Program-made: the position numbers and the translations under genes
Notes under the pieces: generated by a model
The model's input: the letters and a program-made list of their open reading frames with translations, nothing else
The model's database searches: none
What the model was told of the DNA's origin: nothing
Sequence record: SRR31156797_2750
DNA length: 23,317 bases
Strand: one strand, 5' to 3'
In this document: positions 18,031-23,317 of the stretch, piece by piece
Layout: each line of letters opens with the position of its first letter
Numbering within the stretch: position 1 is the first letter of the stretch

Positions 18031-19440
18031 TTAAAAATACTGCTTACGTTTTGATGAAGACGGGATGCCCATGGCTGAACGATATTTTGCAACAGTACGT
18101 CGGGCGATATTCACATCAAGCTTTTCCTGAAGTATCTCGCCTATACGTTCGTCACTGAGCGGTTTTTTCGTGTCTTCATCTGCAATCATTCTCTTGATGA
18201 GCGCCTTGACGCTCTCAGAACCCACCTGTGAACCATCATTCAAATCCAAGGCTGAATTGAAAAAGAATTTTAATTCAAATATTCCATGTGGAGTTGAAAC
18301 ATATTTACTGGTGGTAATACGGCTCACCGTGGATTCATGCATCTCGATGTCCTCGGCTACCTCCTTGAGGATCAGGGGTTTGAGCTTTGTCACACCTTCT
18401 TCGAAGAATTCCCGCTGAAAGCCGACAATACTCTCAACTACTTTATACAATGTTCTCTGACGCTGGTACAGGCTTTTCATGAGCCATGCGGCAGATCGCA
18501 TCTTTTCCTGAAAATATTCTTTTTCCTTGTTTGCAGCACCTTTCATTGAATCCATATAAAAAGCATTCATCTGCAAACGAGGGAGACCATCTTCATTGAG
18601 AATGATGACAAAATCCTCACCATACTTGTAAACGAAGACATCCGGACTAACATAATGAGGCTCAGTGCTTGAAAAGTTAGTCCCAGGCATGGGGTCAAGC
18701 GTCTGCATCATGTCCAGATATTCCTTGAGTTCTTCCATGGATATCTTGAACTTGCGAGCTAATGGCTTGTACCGATTCTTTTCCAGATCTTCCAGATGAT
18801 CGGTAACCAGTGAGACAAGGATGGGGTCCTCATAACCAAGAACATCCATTTGCACGAGTAAACACTCTTGCGGATCTCGTGCTGCTATACCAACCGGGTC
18901 AAGGCGCTGAATACGCTTAATGGTGGATTCAATCTCTTCATCTGAAGCCTGAACCATCAACTGCAGTTCTTCGATAGATGCTTGCAGATAGCCATTCGAG
19001 TCGACATTTCCAAGAATTATTTCACCAATGGCAATTTCGTGTTCGGAAAAATTGGAAAGACGCATCTGCCAATTGATATGTCCTTCAAGGGATGGCTTGG
19101 AAGCAAGACGAGCCTCAAAGGACATCCCTTCTTCCGGGACTTCTGAATCCCGTCCGGTCGCTTGCTTTGAAGTGCTTGAAAATTCGCCAAGATAGTTTTC
19201 CCAGTCGGCATTTCTGACCAGTTCTTCCTCAGCTTGAGATTCGGTGAGAACTTCGGCAGGGTCTGGAACATCTGTTTCCGTTTCCTTTTCATCAAGAAAA
19301 GGATTTTCCATAAGTTCCTGTTGAACAGTTTCAAGCAACTCAAGTCGCGAAAGCTGCAGCAATTTGATTGCCTGCTGCAACTGCGGAGTCATAACCAGTT
19401 GTTGAGAAAGCTTGAGTTGTTGTCTGAGTTCCAATCCCAT
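18031..19440 (-). CDS. rpoN: RNA polymerase sigma-54 factor
   Basis: QQLVMTPQLQQAIKLLQL, HESTVSR, RpoN box ARRTVAKYR. Confidence 0.99.
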   Translation of the reverse strand: MGLELRQQLKLSQQLVMTPQLQQAIKLLQLSRLELLETVQQELMENPFLDEKETETDVPDPAEVLTESQAEEELVRNADWENYLGEFSSTSKQATGRDSEVPEEGMSFEARLASKPSLEGHINWQMRLSNFSEHEIAIGEIILGNVDSNGYLQASIEELQLMVQASDEEIESTIKRIQRLDPVGIAARDPQECLLVQMDVLGYEDPILVSLVTDHLEDLEKNRYKPLARKFKISMEELKEYLDMMQTLDPMPGTNFSSTEPHYVSPDVFVYKYGEDFVIILNEDGLPRLQMNAFYMDSMKGAANKEKEYFQEKMRSAAWLMKSLYQRQRTLYKVVESIVGFQREFFEEGVTKLKPLILKEVAEDIEMHESTVSRITTSKYVSTPHGIFELKFFFNSALDLNDGSQVGSESVKALIKRMIADEDTKKPLSDERIGEILQEKLDVNIARRTVAKYRSAMGIPSSSKRKQYF

Positions 19441-19677
19441 AGTGTATATCTCGAAAGGCTAATATGGTCTCGTTCACGCTACCGGTTTGAATTCTTTTCC
19501 GGTCATACCCTTATGATTCTGATTTGAGTATGTCATACCTACGATAACGAAGCAAGGACATTGTTATAACATGCCGTTACTATTAACGATATAGCACAGT
19601 GCAAACCGCATGAAAAAAGTGTACCAACCTTTGTGTACCCTGTAAATCGCGAATGCGTGAAAGTTGAATGATAGTGA

Positions 19678-20403
19678 TTACAATCGGAAATCTTCACCCA
19701 GATAAATCTGGCGTGCACGACTATTCTGAACGATCTCTTCGGGCGATCCTTCAAGGATAACATTACCCTCATAGACGAGATAAGCTCTGTCACAAATATT
19801 GAGTGTTTCCCGAACGTTGTGATCTGAAATCAAGATGCCGATCCCCATGCTTTTCAGCACGGAAATGATCTCCTGGATATCAATAACCGCGATGGGATCG
19901 ATACCGGCAAAAGGCTCATCCAAAAGAATGAATTGAGGGTCAAGAATAAGTGCACGGGCGATTTCAAGACGCCGCCGTTCACCACCAGACAGATACATTG
20001 CAGCCTGATCGGCCAACTTAGTGATGGTAAACATCTCCATCAATTCATTAGCACGCGCCTTCTGCTGCTTGGAAGACATGGCTGTTTGCTCAAGAATAAT
20101 TTCAAGATTTTGGCGCACTGTCAGCTTTCGAAAGATGGAACTTTCCTGAGGAAGATAGCTGACGCCCATACGGGCTCGTTCATGCAGTGGTTTTTCCGTC
20201 AAATCCACTCCGTCCAAAGCCACGTTCCCGGTGTTCGGCTCAACTATTCCGACAAGCATATAAAAAGTCGTGGTTTTACCTGCTCCGTTAGGGCCAAGCA
20301 GTCCGACAACTTCCTTGGGATTCAATTCCAGACTGATGCCATGCACGACCTCTTTTTGGCCGTACCGCTTGGAAAGATTTGCTGCGCGCAGTCCTTCTGC
20401 CAT
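19678..20403 (-). CDS. lptB: LPS export ABC transporter ATP-binding protein
   Basis: GPNGAGKTT, YLPQESSIFR, LSGGERRRLEIAR, LLDEPFAGIDP, DHNVRETL, YLGEDFRL. Confidence 0.97.
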   Translation of the reverse strand: MAEGLRAANLSKRYGQKEVVHGISLELNPKEVVGLLGPNGAGKTTTFYMLVGIVEPNTGNVALDGVDLTEKPLHERARMGVSYLPQESSIFRKLTVRQNLEIILEQTAMSSKQQKARANELMEMFTITKLADQAAMYLSGGERRRLEIARALILDPQFILLDEPFAGIDPIAVIDIQEIISVLKSMGIGILISDHNVRETLNICDRAYLVYEGNVILEGSPEEIVQNSRARQIYLGEDFRL

Positions 20404-21273
20404 TTATTGCACCTTCATATTGCCGGGAGTCATGAAAATAGCTTTGACTCGTTGGCCTTTGCCGCCCACCACTTCGGAACGATTGTCCTTCATGTTGAAC
20501 TTGATAATTTCACCGGTCAAACTATTGGGGCCATCTTGCAACAATGGATTCTGTTCCATCTGCAACAATTGGTCATTCACAAAGTATGTTAATTTGCCGC
20601 AGGTACCTTCCGCAGTCCCCTTTTTGGCTTTGACATTTCCTTCCGCAATAATACGATCCACGCTGTCTGCCGTAAATTTTTTACCGCTCTTGGAAGAAAG
20701 ATACGCTGACAAATTATTTGCCCACAAAGTTAATTGGCCGTGTTCAGCCACAACGTTTCCTACAAATGAAACAACTTTGCCCGATTCATCGTAAGTCATG
20801 CGATCAGATGAGATTTTCACTGGCATGCGACTCGGATCTATACCAATCTTGGTAGGATTTTCTTTGGGAGCGACTGCTGCTGAAGCTTTGACTTCACCAT
20901 CCCCACTCTTGGCGCTTACAACAGCCTCAGTCTGCTCTAAACTCTTTTCAGAGGAGGTAACAACAGGCTCAGGAGTAGGAGTAACCACCAATTCAAGGTA
21001 TTTCACATTGGCATACCCAATGGCTTTGGTTTGATCTCTATTGGCTTCTGTTAGATTAAAAATTGTTGCCCATCCATTTTGAATAAAATCAACCTTGACC
21101 CGTTGGCCTTTTGCCAGTGTGAGAATATGTTCACTGTCCTTATCGGGGCGCTCGCGAACATTAAGATTGACGGTGGCCTCACGAATTTCACCCCATTCCT
21201 CAGCCATAACCACGGAAGGGAGAGATAACACGACCAGTAAGAACAGGGTCGTCAGTGCATATATATTCTTCAT
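20404..21273 (-). CDS. lptA: LptA/OstA family protein with N-terminal SH3b-like domain
   Basis: GAGGAG SD before ATG 21273. Signal peptide, SH3b-like LNVRERP...LAKGQRVKV...NGW...GY, low-complexity linker, then OstA domain (PVKISSDRM...FVGNVVA...IIAEGNV...GEII). Lies between lptC and lptB. Confidence 0.85.
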   Translation of the reverse strand: MKNIYALTTLFLLVVLSLPSVVMAEEWGEIREATVNLNVRERPDKDSEHILTLAKGQRVKVDFIQNGWATIFNLTEANRDQTKAIGYANVKYLELVVTPTPEPVVTSSEKSLEQTEAVVSAKSGDGEVKASAAVAPKENPTKIGIDPSRMPVKISSDRMTYDESGKVVSFVGNVVAEHGQLTLWANNLSAYLSSKSGKKFTADSVDRIIAEGNVKAKKGTAEGTCGKLTYFVNDQLLQMEQNPLLQDGPNSLTGEIIKFNMKDNRSEVVGGKGQRVKAIFMTPGNMKVQ

Positions 21274-21280
21274 GAAAGGC

Positions 21281-21898
21281 TCACTCCTCGTCTTCATTCA
21301 ATGGATTCTTATCAAGCCCTTCTGGGGCCAATAAAGCCGTTACACCGCCCGCTGCCACGAGTTGACGAGTAACAAGATCAATTTCCAAGGCTTTGGCTTG
21401 TACGGTCATATCGGGCCGGCGTATTGTTACACCACCCTTAAGATAAACTTTATCAATCGCTCCGACATAATCAAGTTGCTGAGCATCAAGAGCAAGATCT
21501 CCGAAACGCCCTGATACGCCGTCATACATTGTCAGGTTATCATTAGCCTGATCAACTTCGCCACGGTCTGCCCTGACGTACACTTCTTTACGATCTTCAC
21601 CGAAATAAGCCGTCAATTGAGGACGTTCAACGCCGATAAGCCCTTGTTCTTGATTATATTTCGCTGTTTTTGCGAGCAATTTCCATGCGAGGTATCCTTG
21701 TTTACCCTGTACAAGTTCAATATCCTCGGCCGTCACATCAGCTTCCTCAAGCAGACGTTTTCGCGATTTGGAACTACTCTTTTGTACTGAATCCGGTTCA
21801 ATGATCGGATCAGCAAAGAACACAGAATTAACCGTGATCCCGACAACGAGACCTACGGCAAATATTAGAATAAGTATCAGCGCCGGACGCCCTTTCAT
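21281..21898 (-). CDS. lptC: LPS export periplasmic protein LptC
   Basis: ATG 21898 overlaps the kdsC TAA. Single N-terminal TM followed by a beta-rich domain (WKLLAKTAKY, VRADRGEV); kdsC-lptC-lptA-lptB synteny. Confidence 0.85.
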   Translation of the reverse strand: MKGRPALILILIFAVGLVVGITVNSVFFADPIIEPDSVQKSSSKSRKRLLEEADVTAEDIELVQGKQGYLAWKLLAKTAKYNQEQGLIGVERPQLTAYFGEDRKEVYVRADRGEVDQANDNLTMYDGVSGRFGDLALDAQQLDYVGAIDKVYLKGGVTIRRPDMTVQAKALEIDLVTRQLVAAGGVTALLAPEGLDKNPLNEDEE

Positions 21899-22425
21899 TA
21901 GTCCGCCCACTGCTTTAAAGCTTCATCCTTAAGTCCACGAGCTTCGAGAATATAAGCGATGGCTTCTCTGACAGCTCCATCCCCACCCTTACGAGTAGAA
22001 ATCCAATCTGCAGCTTCTATGACTTCAGGCACTCCATTGGGGACACTCATGGCTAATCCAGCCACATTCATGACACCAAGATCAATCCAGTCGTCGCCCA
22101 TAAATGCGGCTTCAGACAAAGACACACCAACTTTCTCACATATCTCTTCAAAAAGCGGTGCTTTGTCGTGCTTTCCAGCATAATAATGAGTGATACCTAA
22201 TTCTCGCACACGTTTTTCGACAGGCTTCTGGTTCAATCCTGTGATAACACCTATTTCAAGGCCCACAGCTTGCGCCAGCTTAATACCGAGACCATCCTGA
22301 ACATGAAAACGTTTCATGACAATCCCGTCGTCACCATAATACAAGCCGCCGTCGGTGAGGACACCGTCCACGTCAAGAACAAGCAGCTTAATGCTTTGTG
22401 CAAGCTTCATCGCGTTATCAACCAC
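21898..22425 (-). CDS. kdsC: KDO 8-phosphate phosphatase
   Basis: [35 protein letters not shown]. Confidence 0.95.
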   Translation of the reverse strand: MVDNAMKLAQSIKLLVLDVDGVLTDGGLYYGDDGIVMKRFHVQDGLGIKLAQAVGLEIGVITGLNQKPVEKRVRELGITHYYAGKHDKAPLFEEICEKVGVSLSEAAFMGDDWIDLGVMNVAGLAMSVPNGVPEVIEAADWISTRKGGDGAVREAIAYILEARGLKDEALKQWAD

Positions 22426-23221
22426 GATTCAACTCCCACAACGCTTTAAGGCGAATGAGCAACGGTTCCACTTTGTCCAGCGGAAGGCTGTTCGGGCCGT
22501 CACAGAGTGCTTTGTCGGGATCTGGATGTACTTCCATGAAGACACCGTTGACCCCCGCTGCGACTGCGGCAGAAGCGAGTACGGGAACATATTCACGTTG
22601 CCCACCGGACATGCCACCAAGGCCACCCGGTAATTGAACCGAATGCGTGGCATCCATGACTACGGGGACATCAAAGCCCTGCATTTGCGGGATGGAACGC
22701 ATGTCTACGACAAGATTATTGTATCCATAAGTGGAGCCACGTTCGGTCAACCAGACCTGCTCATTGCCGGAAGCACGGACTTTTTCCACGGCGTTTTTCA
22801 TATCCCAAGGGGCCAAGAATTGACCTTTTTTAATATTGATGACCCTGCCGGTTTTAGCGGCAGCGACAAGCAAATCAGTCTGACGACACAAAAAGGCCGG
22901 AATTTGAAGCACGTCTGCCACTTCGCCAACCGGAGCAGCCTGCTCCGGATGGTGAATATCGGTGACCACGGGCAAGCCCGTGGTTTTCTTTACTTCAGCA
23001 AGTATTTCCAGCCCTTTTTCCATGCCGGGACCACGAAAACTGGTTACGGAAGTCCGGTTTGCCTTATCAAAAGAGCTTTTGAAAACAAGCGGAATATCCA
23101 GTTTTGCAGCCAGTTCGGCCAGAGTACCAGCCGTCTGAAGTACAATTTCCCGACTTTCGATGGCGCAGGGACCGGCCAGAATAAACGGACCGGACCTGCT
23201 TGCTTGATAAAGGTCTGCCAT
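22418..23221 (-). CDS. kdsA: KDO 8-phosphate synthase
   Basis: [45 protein letters not shown]...CDG. Confidence 0.98.
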   Translation of the reverse strand: MADLYQASRSGPFILAGPCAIESREIVLQTAGTLAELAAKLDIPLVFKSSFDKANRTSVTSFRGPGMEKGLEILAEVKKTTGLPVVTDIHHPEQAAPVGEVADVLQIPAFLCRQTDLLVAAAKTGRVINIKKGQFLAPWDMKNAVEKVRASGNEQVWLTERGSTYGYNNLVVDMRSIPQMQGFDVPVVMDATHSVQLPGGLGGMSGGQREYVPVLASAAVAAGVNGVFMEVHPDPDKALCDGPNSLPLDKVEPLLIRLKALWELNRG

Positions 23222-23224
23222 AGG

Positions 23225-23317
23225 CTATTTCTTGCCCTTTTCGTCCTTTGATGCCTTGATGAAGTCTCTGAAAAGCGGATGAGGCTTCATGGGATTGGAC
23301 TTGAATTCCGGGTGGAA
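23225..23317 (-). CDS. pyrG: CTP synthase C-terminus (rest outside window)
   Basis: Minus strand reads [30 protein letters not shown]; pyrG-kdsA synteny. Confidence 0.93.
   Translation of the reverse strand, partial: FHPEFKSNPMKPHPLFRDFIKASKDEKGKK

Noticed and set aside
19539-19793. 84-aa minus-strand ORF extending into the lptB-rpoN spacer
   Set aside because: Starts out of frame inside lptB, no clear SD, no recognisable features.
15628-23251. Plus-strand ORFs such as 15628..16269, 19933..20592 and 22634..23251
   Set aside because: Antisense overlaps of PTS IIA/rapZ, lptB and kdsA.
1-23317. CRISPR arrays, IS elements, prophage or defence genes, tRNA/rRNA
   Set aside because: No repeat-spacer periodicity, transposase/integrase or RNA-gene signature seen; nearly all sequence is explained by housekeeping genes.

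Overview
Gene-dense core-chromosome segment, most likely from a sulfate-reducing deltaproteobacterium of the Desulfovibrio/Pseudodesulfovibrio type (inferred from gene content and order). Plus strand: mtnP (5' truncated), mtaD-like deaminase, small PxxKW Cys-rich protein, M20 hydrolase, mnmG, corC-like CBS protein, lnt, prfB (+1 programmed frameshift), GGDEF protein, FlhG/MinD ATPase, IHF/HU subunit, a secreted UshA-like protein with an in-frame TGA in a CxxU motif (probable selenoprotein, truncated in the ORF track) and dapA. Minus strand: pyrG (3' end), kdsA, kdsC, lptC, SH3-fused lptA, lptB, rpoN, hpf, ptsN, rapZ, mannose-class PTS IIA/IIB/IIC and ppaC. I saw no mobile element, CRISPR array, tRNA or rRNA. 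The most notable signals are three apparent recoding sites: the known prfB +1 frameshift, a Sec TGA with a SECIS-like hairpin, and a T9 run that separates the SD-equipped start of the PTS IIC gene from its body by a -1 shift. Also notable are Rex/HcpR-like operators on both sides of ppaC and two tandem terminators that can cross-pair.
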